64,000 nt of DNA from Phoronis australis (Eukaryota > Animalia > Phoronida), in NCBI GenBank assembly GCA_002633005.1, contig NMRA01000665.1, positions 62,001 through 126,000 on the forward strand. The letters run 5' to 3'. The position numbers were made by a program, and so were the translations under genes. Under the pieces are notes generated by a model that was not told the DNA's origin, searched no databases, and saw nothing but the letters and a program-made list of their open reading frames with translations. Below, piece by piece: positions 1 to 12,338 of the stretch (positions are counted from its first letter, which is position 1; each line of letters opens with the position of its first letter).

Positions 1-495
1 GAATTTTCTTGCCCCCACATTACTAGTTCTTTTCTATGAACAAGCTATCTTTGCTCAAGCCAATTTCCATTTCCATCTAACGCAGTTTGATGGGCGTTTT
101 GTTTTCAACAGTTTCAATTCTGAGGCAATGGGAAGGACGGTATACCATTAACTGTAAATTAGAAAATAAAATTTGTCAAGAATGAAACAAAAAATTTGCT
201 CATGAATTCCCACTTTAAGAGACAGACAAAGTAATAAGTAAGATATAGCTGCCTTCATCGAGTGAAGCCAGATGCATGTACATATATATGAAACGCTTCT
301 AAATGGCCATAAGCACGCGTTCCATCATTCAAGTCGGAGTTCAAAATTATACCCTAGTTAGTAGTGTCTGGTGTTGTTTTTTAAAGTGTGACTGATAACG
401 TTCAGTTTAATGACACTGCAGACTATTAAAATAATTATAATAATAATTATAATGCATATAGTTGTATCGTGTAATACAAAATGTATGGATTTCAG

Positions 496-649
496 AAATT
501 GCTGAGTTCAAGAAACTGTGCCGAGTCTACTGTTACCCCGTGTCTTATGATGATCTGGCCATACCAGAGTTTAAAGAAATTCTCATGTCGTCGACGGCCG
601 GTTTCCGCTTCTCCTACATCTGGGACTCAGTGAACGAAAGCGAATGCAG
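496..649 (+). CDS. RRM protein exon (IAEFKKLCRVYCYPVSYDDL...NESEC)
   Basis: ttcag acceptor and AG|gtact donor; phase 2 joins the next exon. Confidence 0.75.
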
Positions 650-3600
650 GTACTAGATTCTAGAATTAAAAATTTCTTGGAATTTTGGTTTTCCAAATTT
701 AAAGAAGAAGTGTTGGTGTAATGCGGGGGGGGGGAGTGACGAGGTCGAATTTATAACTCTTGGAATTTTCCTCTTTTCAGAGGATTTCCTCTTTTTTGTC
801 TCTTTTTTATCACTGTTTTGACTTTATTCATGCGAAAACATTTATTTCAGTTAAATTTTAGAACACAAAAATATTTCTGTCACCTAGAAAATTTTCCTCT
901 TTTTGTCATTGGTCATTTGAAGCCCTGAATTTAGCGTGGCTTATGGACTGGTTGTAGTCATCAAAATGAGTGGAGAGCAGAACTGTCTGTGACTCCTCAG
1001 TTAATCGTTGATAAAATTGTAATGAGGGGGGAATATTGTGGCGAGGGGGAATTTTATGGTGGGGGGGATGTTGTGGCGAGAGGGAATGTCGTAGCGATGG
1101 GGTAATGTTGTGGCGAGGAGGAATATTGCGGCGAGGTAGTCGTGAGTCATGCCATGTGATGATTTGTTAAGACATGTTTTAATGGTCTTGTCTGTCAGCC
1201 AAGACTGTCATGGTAGACTTCAAATATATTTTAAAATTATAGTTAGTCTAGTTAGATTTGTGAAAAGTTATGAGATGTTTCGCACATGCTGTTTGGTGTT
1301 GTTTGTACTTGTGCAAAGGGTTTTATCTCCAGCATGTGCCTTTCAGAAAATAAAAGTAAAAATTCACCAATTTGAAAAAATCAACTCTAGATCTGGGGAG
1401 GCAGGTTGTCTGCCAAAATTAGTTTGTTCTGTATCTCTATGAAACTGTGTATTATGGATGAATCCTTGTTTGGTAACTATTTTGCAAATGTTTTTTCAAA
1501 ACTATTAAATTAAGCGTGCAAGTACTTACACTGATAAAACTCTACATTAGTCATGTGCTTTCAGCTTCTGCGAGTTTCAAGCAGTGGATCCCGTGGACGC
1601 GCAAGGTCTGAAGGACAAACTACAGGGGATCTGTGTTGGACCCAACAGAGACATCCCACTTATTGTGGACAATGACCAATCATCTTCTGACACAGGTAAT
1701 TCACTGGCATCAGTATCAGCCCTCCCACTGTGCACATCTTAAGTGGTCAGACAAAATGTGATCTAGTACAAACATCGGGGTTGAATATGAGGGTTGAAAA
1801 TTACGAAATGTGAGATTTTAAGAAAGTTAACAATATTGCTAAGACTAATGATGCCAGTAACCAGTGTCCTTGGATCTTTCATTTATTTTTGACCAGCTAA
1901 TGGCACGTTGTTCGCAAGTTGATTGAATTCACGATTTGTATATTTGAGGAGGTCAGTAGAAGACTTGCATCGGTCACGACTATTTTCCTCTTTCCAGGCC
2001 ATTCCAAGGTTCGTAGCACCTTGTTCAAGAATAAAATCGACGTGTTCACGTGTGGTAATTATAAACGTAAGTATGCAAGTCGGTAGAAACAAAAAAGCAG
2101 TCACTACAGCCTATTCTGTTCAGCGCTATGATGAGTTCATGTGGAGCTCGAGAGTAATTTCTTTGTACTAGTCATGTTCTGATTCTAATTTGTATACTAT
2201 GCTTAGTTGCATTCATGGACTGCATTTGTCATTGATTATTCTGAACAAGGGAATGATTAAATTGTAAAAAGAGGTGCTCTCAGATTTTTTCAACTATCAG
2301 CTTTCCAATCCAACCCAAGTAGTAGGCTTCATATGATGCACTTCTGAACAAAGCTCAATGCAGAAGATTTGGGGTATGTGCGGTCCCCTCAAAATTTCTG
2401 CCTTCTGTTACTTTCAAAAGGCGACCCCAATGATTGCAAAACATATATCTGGGTTAGAGACACTGCTTTTGAGAGTGCCTGCGGAAGGGAGTTTTTTGAA
2501 ACGCAGGGCTCAGATTTTGTTTGGCGACATGGTAAAAATCCCCAAGTTGCCTCAAAGTCACCACGCTCACATCCAAATACTACAGGAAGTAAACAGATTT
2601 TAGTTATAATTGTTCTGTAAAAAATGAAAGCGTCCTGATCGCTTACTATTTTCGCCAGTAGAGGGCGAGCTTGTGCGCAATATTGAGCATGAAGGGGAAA
2701 TATTTATTGCCAAGATGATATACTCCTAAGTTTCTTTTCTACTAAATAAGAGCTACGGGGCTTTCTCTGGTGTTCTGGCAGACAATTGTTCAATTTTCCG
2801 GTTCTTCACCTCTCAGATATCCGTTTTTCAGTTTCGCCCGTTTCCAATTTTGTGTCACTTGTAAGGGCCAGGGCTTTGGCAACTCTCGGATTCAGCGAGC
2901 ATTTCCCGGTATTTTTGAAATCAGTCCTGTTTGGCGACTTGTTGTTATCCTGAGTGTGGAGCCCTGCCAGTGCTTGAACATAAGATAAGGAGCTGACGTG
3001 TGTGCAGCGCATTTTGTAAGAGACAGCCTCTTGCTTTGTTTAGACTGAATGAGTTGCTAATTGCTTATGATTATCCGTTGTTTTCAGCCAAGTATATGAT
3101 AGACAAGATCGGCTTCGTGAAGGGCATTCCAGATACCACCACCACTGACAAATTATTGGAAGCCTTCGCTGGCGCTAGCAAGGTCTTTCTGCCTACTGAA
3201 AGCAATGGAGATCTGCGTGGGTATGTAGTGGGGACTCCTTTGAACTAGGGATCATTCTTAATGATGTGAAATTGCAAATTGGATGCGTTCACTAATGCAG
3301 ATTTTACACAATGTATCTTTTAAATCTCGTATTTTGGGATAAGAAAACAATTTCCAGTTTCTTCAGGGAATTGAATAGCAAAAGAGTGATTATCAAAAAG
3401 CTGACCGGTTAGCCATCTCGCTGTACATTGTACTGTCTTGTATGTAGTCACGAGTGTTCAGACAAAATGACAGGAATTCACTGTCATGGCAGCAGGCTTG
3501 TCTTCCCTCGTGATCAAGAATGAAGGATAATTACCAGAACTCTTAATAAGGTCATTCTGCTGTCTTAATAGGTATTACTAGGAAATTTTGTTGTTAAGAG

Positions 3601-6600
3601 AATCAACTTTCTTGAAAAACGGTATTTTACTTCTGTCATATTCTCTTCATGACTTCCGACATTTTTTTGATGATAAATATCCATTTTATCACGGCAGAGC
3701 AAATTTTGCATCCCGGTACTTATAGAATCGCATTTCATTTTGCTTTCCCAACAGATACGCTTATGTGCAGTTTGAGTCGAGTGAGGCCAAGGCAAAGTGT
3801 ATGTTTGCCAAGCAGAAGAATATGGTTGACGGGGTCGAGGTCTCGGTGAACTCACTGAAGCGATACAACCAGAGTAAGGAATTGGCTGGTAGCCGTGGTA
3901 ACAGACCCGCGAGACATTTCGTCCAGATCCTGAATTGCTAATTACTTACCTGGGCGCATGGTGTGATGTTTTTCTCGAAATTGTACAACATGAAAATATT
4001 TTTGAAATTTTCCAATCTCCTTAAGTACAAACTCAAGGTAGTTGTCTATCATTCTGTGCTCAAATATATGATGGATTAGGCATGCAAGTGTTTAGTCGTA
4101 ATTTGCTCTTGGTGGTCTCGGCACTCGAGCTAGAAACTAGAGACCTCAAAATTTCAAGTAAAAACTCCACATTTTGAGTTCATTTCTTTAGTATTGGGTC
4201 ATCAGGTGCAAGGCTCCAGTATAAGATTATCCAACATGTTGGCAAATTAAGATTACAAAATCTATCCATATCCGTCACAGCTCTGCCGTTTTTGGGGTCC
4301 AGTCAAGAAATTATATTTTAGTTTTTACAACACTATAATTTGAATTTCGTGATAAACATCCAAAAAGTACCCATTTTCAATGGCACCTTATTAAGAATGT
4401 GAATTATAAAAAACAATTTCAATCATACAGAACTTTGAAGAATGATTGCATTTAAATCATAATATATGCTTCTGGTTGTTTTTTTCTGAAATGGAATGTT
4501 CGAATGTTAGCCACATTTTTTTCCTTTAACTTGTGGTGATTTTTTGCAATAATTGTAAATGTGGCCATCAGCACGAAGGTGTGCCGCTTTTCAAAAAGGA
4601 AGTTGGCGAAATCCTCGACCAAAATCAGTTCGGTTTTCGGAATCAAAATGAAGTTGGCAAAATCCTCGACTAAAATGAGTTGGGTTTTCGGACTAAAATT
4701 TCTTCGGAAAGTTTTCACCGATTTACTGTGTAATTTATTGTCTGGTTTTCTTGGGGGATTTTGTTGTAAATCAGATGACATCTGTTATTGCTACTTTCAG
4801 TCTTCAACACACCATCTAAGACACAATCACAGGGCCCACAGCGACCTCAGTATCAGCCATCGGTCTCTCAACCCAAGAAGCGTCCTTTCTCCACTTCAGC
4901 GGCGACGCATGTTGGAGCTAAAAGAAACCGCACCAATAGCAGTGGTGGTGGACAACACGCGTCTAATATGGGGTCACCCAGAGGTCAAATCCAGAACCGG
5001 CAGCAAGCTGGCGGCCGTTTTCAAAATGCCTCTCAAGGTCGCAACAGCGGTCGTAACCAAGGTATGGGGCGGATGCAGGCCGGGGGTATGCAGCAGTTTC
5101 CATATCAAGACCCCCGCATGGAAAGATTCAGTGGTCAACAAAGAAACTTCCCCAACCTGATGTCTAGTCCTGCTCAGTCGTTGAACGCTCGCGCCCAGCA
5201 GGGGTTGTCAGCACCAGCTGCCATGGAGCTGTTGGATACTCTCAACCAGCTGGTCAACCGGTCTGCTAGAGGGTGAGTCTTACCAATCAACCAGTAGATG
5301 TCTCTGTGTATCCACTTATTCTGGCCCAGCTTAATTTGTAAATCTTTCAGGGTGACTTTTTCATACTATGCATGACCTTTGAAACACCTTTCAGTCATCA
5401 CATATTGGACTTAGAGGGAGGGAACACTTTCTGACTTCAGCATTACAATGCTTCCAACTGTCCCAGAATGTGGCGCGTTGTCTCGCGTGTCCTGAGGTTA
5501 ACCTCACGCGACAGTGTCTGTGATGTCGTGTGTGCAGACGTTGTTTGTGTTGTTGCCTCTTGAACAAATTATGTTTACTGCGGACCTTGCGTAGTTTACG
5601 CTTAATAAGTATGGAAGGTACTGCACTCTTGTGGTTTCCCCTATCAGCCTTCATGGCCTTTTATGACCTGTTGACCTCGGCCTATGAAACAGTGGGTTCT
5701 CATGAGGCCTACTCTGGTCACTGATAGGTGTCTCCACCAGTGTTTTCTTGCTGTGTGACTGTGCGTTCATCCAACCACCAGAGGTGTTGATAACACTAAC
5801 GTATGAAACTTTGTGAGCGCTCCTTGCACCTACTGGCTCGAGTCCTTGTACGCGTGAAGACAGGACACGCTTTAATTTTGATGTTTTCAGCTATATTAGT
5901 TGTTTACGATGTGACTGGCTACTAGATAAGTTATAGTCAAGTACTTGCTAGATCAGTACACAACTGGGTGTTACACTGATAAGGAGCTACACCTGCTGAG
6001 GTAAACAACTGGATGCTCTGTTTTGATCTGTAATATCTCCATGGAAATGGTGATTTTCACCTGGTCACCTGACTGTCTTCCATCGTATTTCGGAAAAGGT
6101 GTCGGCCTTGCCATATACCCTTAAACAGAACAGCGCGAGTACTTGTCATAGTTACTGCAAACTTGAGACAGTGTACGCTTACGGCACAAATTTACTGCAC
6201 TTATTAGGGAACTTTGATGTAAGCTGAATATATATCCAATACACTACAGTTGTGATGGCCTACACCGATCCAACAGACAATTTTAATCAGGTACAAAAGT
6301 TGGAGCTCCGATGGAACAGTCGAGCAAACAGGTGATGCAGTGATTGGGCATTCTCCTAGATTGTGGTACGAGGACTCGAATGCCATGCCCAGCCCTAAGT
6401 CCACTCATAAAAGGGTAGGCTTGGATTGTGGAGGTCACGTGACTGATTAGCATTTGGTCGTGCACAGGCAGGTTCGCAGTTAGTAAATTTTGTGCACTTC
6501 GTGAGACTTTGATGTCATGGATAAAGCAACTGATTTGCAGCCTGAGTATTCTCATGGATCACATGTCTGATGTACGTTCTCGAAGTGTATTCTAGTTTCA

Positions 6601-9600
6601 TATGGAGAAACACTCGTCCACAGTCTCTGCACCAACTGCAGACTGTTAAAACTACGATTAGCTATTGTCATGCCTCCCTTATCAGTCAACACTGTTGACA
6701 TGTAATGACCCCCCTCATTACTTGGATGAACTTTACCTAGTTGTTTCATGCAGTGAGATTCAGATTATCAATGTGGTCTCGGGCAATGAGATTTAAGCCT
6801 GCGTATATCTTAAGCCATGCTCTTGTAACAGACATGTTACAGAATCAAGTCTGGTTTTCCTGCCTGAACAGACAGCTGTCATGCCATCTAGTGTTGATGC
6901 AGGCAACCAGCCAGATGGATTGTTAACTAAGTGAGATTGCATGTGCTTTCGAAAGCTCAGAAATTAATGTCTTCAAACAAAAATGAAAGAAGTTGAAGAC
7001 GATTTGTCATGCTAAAATTCTGCCTATGAGCTCCAGCCTGATCATGGTAGTTTTGGAAACAAGAAGTGTTTTGAAACCCCATGCAGCGCCATCTTGGGGA
7101 AATCATTGTCTTTATTTCGGGTTTTGGAGTTGAGCCCTTTTAGACCGGCAGCCCAGAGCACTTAGCATAGATGAACGAGGTACCAACATCTGACCACGGG
7201 AGCATTTAAANTACGATTAGCTATTGTCATGCCTCCCTTATCAGTCAACACTGTTGACATGTAATGACCCCCCTCATTACTTGGATGAACTTTACCTAGT
7301 TGTTTCATGCAGTGAGATTCAGATTATCAATGTGGTCTCGGGCAATGAGATTTAAGCCTGCGTATATCTTAAGCCATGCTCTTGTAACAGACATGTTACA
7401 GAATCAAGTCTGGTTTTCCTGCCTGAACAGACAGCTGTCATGCCCTCTAGTGTTTATGCAGGCAACCAACCAGATGGATAGTTAACTAAGAGAGATTGCA
7501 TGTGCTTTCGAAAGCTCAGAAATTAATGTCTTCAAACAAAAATGAAAAGTTGAAGACGGTTTGTCATGCTAAAATTCTGCCTATGAGCTCCAGCCTGGTC
7601 ATGGTAGTCTTGGAAACAAGAAGTGTTTTGAAGCCCCATGCAGCGCTATCTTGGGGAAATCATTGTCTTTATTTCAGGTTTTGGAGTTGAGCCCTTTGTT
7701 TTGTTACACACAATAATGCCATGAAGTTTAGTGATGAATTATTTCAAGGGTAAGGTTTATTGCAGTATAAAGCTTAAAATGTCAACTTGAGCTCTGCTCG
7801 GGACTTAACTCAGCTTATTTTGTAACTTGAAATATTTCTCATTTGAATAAATGTAAAGTCAGAACAAAGCAAGACTTACCACCGGAAAACTTACCTGTCC
7901 CAGCACAATACTTACACCAGTTGTGAGCCCGGGTTGTGCAAACGTTTACCCACTTAAGTTAAAGGGACATTACCTGGCGAAAAGTAATTCTGAGTTCAAC
8001 CTCAGAACGTGCAGTCCCCATGTCGCAGTGGAGTCAAATGCCATTCAATAAATTTCATTGTAGTTTTTATTAGCGTATTTTCACTGGTAAAGCCACCAGC
8101 CTCGATTTCAACGAATCTCGGGCAGACAATGTCAAGAATTGATATTTTGTAATAAAATCACCAAAATCACAATGGATTTAGTTAATGTATAGTTCTGGTC
8201 GATGTTAATAATTTACGAAGTCTGTCCCACCCTACAATAATCTCCATAATTCATTTTTCTGCCATAAAACTGGTAGTGTCCCTTTAAAGCTGCTTATTTT
8301 CAAAAACTTGCACTTTATTTACTATTAACCGACTACCATTATAGATCTGGTCTCCATTTCCTCTTCACTGATACCAGAAATGATTTCAAAGCTGTAAGAG
8401 CTGATAGTCTGCTATTGCTTGATGGCAATCTCAATACGTCTGCTTGACCCTGTTGGGCATTTTATGCACCCAACACTTCTCAAAGCAACACTTCCAAAGA
8501 GGCGACTTCATTGAAAGCCCAGAAATCTTTATTAGTTTTGATCTCAGTAAGGAACTAATCGAGACCAGTTTTATAGTGGTACCAATTGACCGAAGGCAGA
8601 TTTGTAGAACCTTTGCAGTACAGAACTGTTATTGAATCTTAACAACCAGACACAACACACTGCAGCTCAGTAGTGTGAAGTGTGAATTCGCAGAAACCAG
8701 AGTGTACCGTTCAGTAGCACTTGCTTAAAAGTTACGAAATAGGAAAACTGTTTTTGTGACAGATTCAATGTATAGACATTAATTTAAGCTTTGCCAAACT
8801 GAGCTGGAAATCAGTGACGTGGAGGACCTACGACTGAGCAAGGACGGCAATGGCGTCGTTATCGCCGAGTTGTCAACAGAAGAGTCAGTAGGTGTCGCTG
8901 CTAGCTATGAGCCAGAAGAACAAGAAGGTTATTCTCATGTAAAGTTTGAATCCTGTGTTGGAGGTGCTTCAAGTTGCATAATCAATTAAATCATTTGATA
9001 ACTTAATGTTTGGATACTCATTTTTTTTAACACGTTTAGCTAGAAGGTTATAAATGTCTTGTCCTGTTTGAGTAAAAAGTGTCGAACAACGATGGTGCCA
9101 TGCTGTGTTTGATACATGCTTCACATCAAGTGGATGTCATGCAGAGTTGGACGAGATTTAATACATTTAGACGGAACGGAAGGCTGATGGAACAGTTATA
9201 TCTTATCAGTGTTAGAACTGGTAACAACCATGGTTGACCAATTCACAGAGGCAGTGTTCACTGCATGTCAGACTGAACTGGTCACAACTCATAAACAGGA
9301 CATAAGGAAATATTGAGTTGCATCTTTACCTCATGGGTGGCTCTCTTTGATACATGTCTTGAAAGTGAAGACATCCTTTCAAGATTCGATCTGAAGCAAT
9401 GGTAGCCACTGCTTAAGTTGCACGTTTTAACAGGATATGATCTTTCACCATGAGAGAAATAAGCTAAGACCTAGCTCGTCCACTTTATTGCATGTGTGGT
9501 TGTGAGATGACAAACATTTTAACAGGGTGCTTACAGAAGTATATTACGAATGTGTGTGAACAATGATGGTCTGATGCCTAGTGTGGTGCACCAGACCTGA

Positions 9601-11763
9601 TGGAAGCACACAGCAAAACTGATGAAAGCTTTCCTGTTGGTTTTCAGGGTGTTCATGAGAGGCTCTTATAAGTGTACCACATCTTGTCGAGACTGTGAAC
9701 AGACTTTGGATTTGTTCTCATGCAGACATGCAATAGCACTATCTGGACGCTTTTTTCTTTGTTGAGTCACAAGGGGTCTGTGTCTAGGATTGATGTTTGC
9801 GTACAGTGCTATACATCTACTACTGAGAAGTGGTGAAGCTGCCAACTGGCTTCATCGCTCGTGGTATATTAGTTGTTGTCTTGAATGTCGACACACCCCT
9901 GTGCAATGAGCATTTAGAAGCCGTCTTTGGCTAATTTTAGCCATGCAAAGTGTTGCCCACGAGAAGCATTTGTTGCCAGTGTTTGTGATAAAGCACACCT
10001 TTGTATATGGATAGAATCTTCATACATGATTGAGTGAAGGGAATTTGTACTTCCTGAACTTTTTATTTCATGTTTGTTGACGAAACCTTGTACTAGTGTA
10101 CATGAAAGAAGTTATGCACATGAAGAAATGTGACGTTTCTTGAATGCATCTTGTATCTGAGCAATATGCAAGATGATACTGTGATACAAGCCTATCCTCT
10201 GAGCTGTTATGGGTCACTACTGTCTGGGCACCTTGAGAATGTGACGTTTGTCAACCTTTGACCTCTACATGAACAATGTACAACCATGCTTGTTTTGACT
10301 GTCTCTGGGCGAATGAATATTCTGACTTATCATGGCAGGCCACCTGTCTTGTTCATTAGGGATTTAAAGATGCAAAATAATGCAGCCCAGTTCCTATATA
10401 CATGCTCCTGTCTGCTGGGAGAGTGGATAGTCAGGCCAAAATCCACGATTTGGCAATTTCCCTCGGCTGATTGTCGCTCACTTAATGTAGTGAATGAAGA
10501 ATCGGAGCAATGCTCATAATGGCTGAGACTAATTCCTCTGACTGGTATATTTATGCATTACTGGTGCTCTGGTTACAGAAACGTTGTATTAGCAGAGCAA
10601 CCCACATTCTTGTAATTAGTAGAAGTCATTCATCCCGATCTATGTAGCTCAGTGGTGACGATGATTCGGAAATATCGCTTCCAGTGATTTGTAAATATCA
10701 TTTACTCAGTTGAAGAGAGTCCTTTGCACAGAGTGAACGAGGTCACTCAAAGATGTGCATTCAATCTTCCTGTTGATAATGAATTTTCAACTGCGTTTAA
10801 GTTTTATAATTTTAAGTATTGTTAATCACAATGTGCAGTGTTCTTCCGGAGGAAAATCAAAACATCACCCAAACTGTGTGCAATGTTTTTGTGCCATAGT
10901 TTGGCTTTCTGCCAATTCAGAGACTTGACTGCTGTACGCTATAATTTTTCAGATCAAAAGTAATTATCACTTATGTAATCAGCTGTCTTATAATGTACAG
11001 CAAAGGACTCGAGCTTAGTGCTTAAACAATTTGAATGCATGTTAAGTACTTAACAAAAATAACTGGATAATGTTGAAAGTTGACTTAAGATTTGACACGC
11101 AAAACAACTAAATATTGAATTTCTTTGCGATCAGAATGCATTTCAATTTGGACAAATCCTGCAGTTGTTGAAATGTCTTGCGAGTCCATTTCCAAATATT
11201 AAATAATAGTTTTGCACAGTAACCTCACATTGAACTTCTGACTCAAGTTCAACAAAATATTTATATTTATATGTTTTCTAATTGGGGCAAGACTCCAAGT
11301 TTGAGCGTGTCTGGTCGAGTTCTGTCAACAGTTTTCTGGTTTATTTTGAGAACTACCTCAGAGAACACTGATCACAATGTATACTGTGTTACACTATGGG
11401 TTGTCTTGAATTTACTGAGAAATACAGTGTTTGAGCCTGCACTAAACAATTTCTTTTACATTTCTCAGGTACGGCCAATCCAACTTCAACAGCCCACAGT
11501 CGCTTCTGGGAGCCAGCAACACTGGGATGGGCTTCAGAGGTGCTGGTCAGAACTACAACGATTTTGGCAACGCTGGAGGCTTTGGTGGTAGGGGCCGAAT
11601 GAATCAGGGCTGGCAACAAGGGGCAGCCTTTGACGAGTGGGGCCAGTCGTACAGTGGCCGTAGTAGTGGTGGCGGCGGTGGCGGCTCCTACGCGGGTATG
11701 GGTAACCAGCAGAAAGGAAATAGAAACAGAGGAAAGAGGGGCGGCCGGACCAACTACAGATGA
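496..11763 (+). CDS. RRM-containing RNA-binding protein with Q/G/N-rich low-complexity region and C-terminal RGG tail; 5'-truncated; exons 496-649, 1565-1695, 3088-3220, 3755-3873, 4801-5272, 11469-11763
   Basis: All introns are GT..AG and all codon phases match. The spliced frame gives RNP2-like GFVKGIP and RNP1 RGYAYVQF, and ends ...GNRNRGKRGGRTNYR*. Confidence 0.85.
755..927 (-). mobile_element. Degenerate hAT-like MITE, same family as 15923 and 54911
   Basis: Reverse complement begins CAGGGCTTCAAATGACCAAT; internal similarity to 15923-16168. Confidence 0.55.
1024..1136. repeat. G-rich ~19-20-bp minisatellite, ~6 copies
   Basis: Repeated GGGAATRTTGTGGCGAG-like units. Confidence 0.75.
1565..1695 (+). 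CDS. RRM protein exon (FCEFQAVDPVDAQGLKDKLQG...SSSDT)
   Basis: tttcag acceptor, G|gtaatt donor, open frame, RNP1-like SFCEF. Confidence 0.8.
3088..3220 (+). CDS. RRM protein exon (AKYMIDKIGFVKGIPDTTTTDKLLEAF...LRG)
   Basis: ttttcag acceptor, GG|gtatgt donor, RNP2-like motif. Confidence 0.88.
3755..3873 (+). CDS. RRM protein exon (YAYVQFESSEAKAKCMFAKQKNMVDGVEVSVN...)
   Basis: caacag acceptor and A|gtaagg donor; completes RNP1 RGYAYVQF. Confidence 0.88.
4600..4700. repeat. 51-bp tandem duplication
   Basis: GAAGTTGGC(G/A)AAATCCTCGAC... occurs twice. Confidence 0.75.
4801..5272 (+). CDS. RRM protein exon, Q/G/N/R-rich low-complexity region
   Basis: ctttcag acceptor, GG|gtgagt donor; lies in ORF 4788..5276. 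Confidence 0.88.
6653..7697. repeat. ~485-bp near-identical direct duplication (6653-7140 and 7212-7697) around an N; probable assembly or haplotype overlap
   Basis: The second copy starts immediately after the single N at 7211; copies differ by scattered substitutions and small indels. Confidence 0.85.
7963..8283. mobile_element. Kolobok-type MITE
   Basis: TTAA|AGGGACATTACC...GGTAGTGTCCCT|TTAA; purine-purine termini with a TTAA target site. Confidence 0.75.
8815..8989 (+). CDS. Candidate alternative acidic terminal exon of the RRM gene
   Basis: The cag at 8812-8814 is phase-compatible with donor 5272. Reads DVEDLRLSKDGNGVVIAELSTEESVGVAASYEPEEQEG...IIN*. Polypyrimidine tract is weak. Confidence 0.3.
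11469..11763 (+). CDS. RRM protein terminal coding exon, G/F/N-rich with RGG
   Basis: tttctcag acceptor; phase matches the 5272 donor; in frame with ORF 11527..11763. Confidence 0.88.
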
Positions 11764-12332
11764 GGAGACTCATCACACGTGTACGTTGTAGACTACTCGT
11801 TGCACATTTTGTGTAGTAATTTCTCGTTTTATGTTCTTAATTTCGACTGCAGCTTTTTATTAATCGTCAGTTCGCTGCAAAGGTAGTTTATTATTCTCTC
11901 GATTGTAGCTGCGGTTAAATGTAGTTTTTAGTTTTAGTGTTATGAATTTGCTGAACAGCACTAAAGACGAATATTGTTTCTAGCCTAGTTTCATGCAAGG
12001 TGAATCTTAAGTTTTAAAAAAATGTTAAGTTTATTGTAAGTATTCTCCAAATCGTGTTTTACTGCCTTTAAACAACTGAGTGAGAAGTTCATTTGGGCTT
12101 TACTTTGTAATGGTAACAAGGTAATTATTTCCGTCTCCTACTCTATGTGCATCAACGGAACAAAAGTTTAAGCCGTTCAGTTAGTTACATATGTGACCAT
12201 GCGGGACTCCTGGAAAATAGATTAAGACCCCCCTTGTAATAGCTTTCATTTCACAGACGTATTCAAGTGGTGGTGAAAGGAATTAATTGTCTCTGTAATG
12301 TACTGTTTGTTGTAAAATAAGTATTCGAAATT

Positions 12333-12338
12333 AATAAA
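12333..12338 (+). promoter_or_regulatory. Probable polyadenylation signal of the RRM gene
   Basis: AATAAA ~570 nt after the stop, followed by a GT-rich tract (gtgtttctgtgtgtc). Confidence 0.6.

Noticed and set aside
2128-2244. C box (ATGATGA) and D boxes (CTGA) suggesting an intronic snoRNA
   Set aside because: No canonical terminal stem and no rRNA or snRNA guide complementarity that I could recognise.
4561-5160. 199-aa ORF overlapping the RRM exon
   Set aside because: Alternative frame running from an intronic tandem repeat into the GC-rich exon; no protein-like features.
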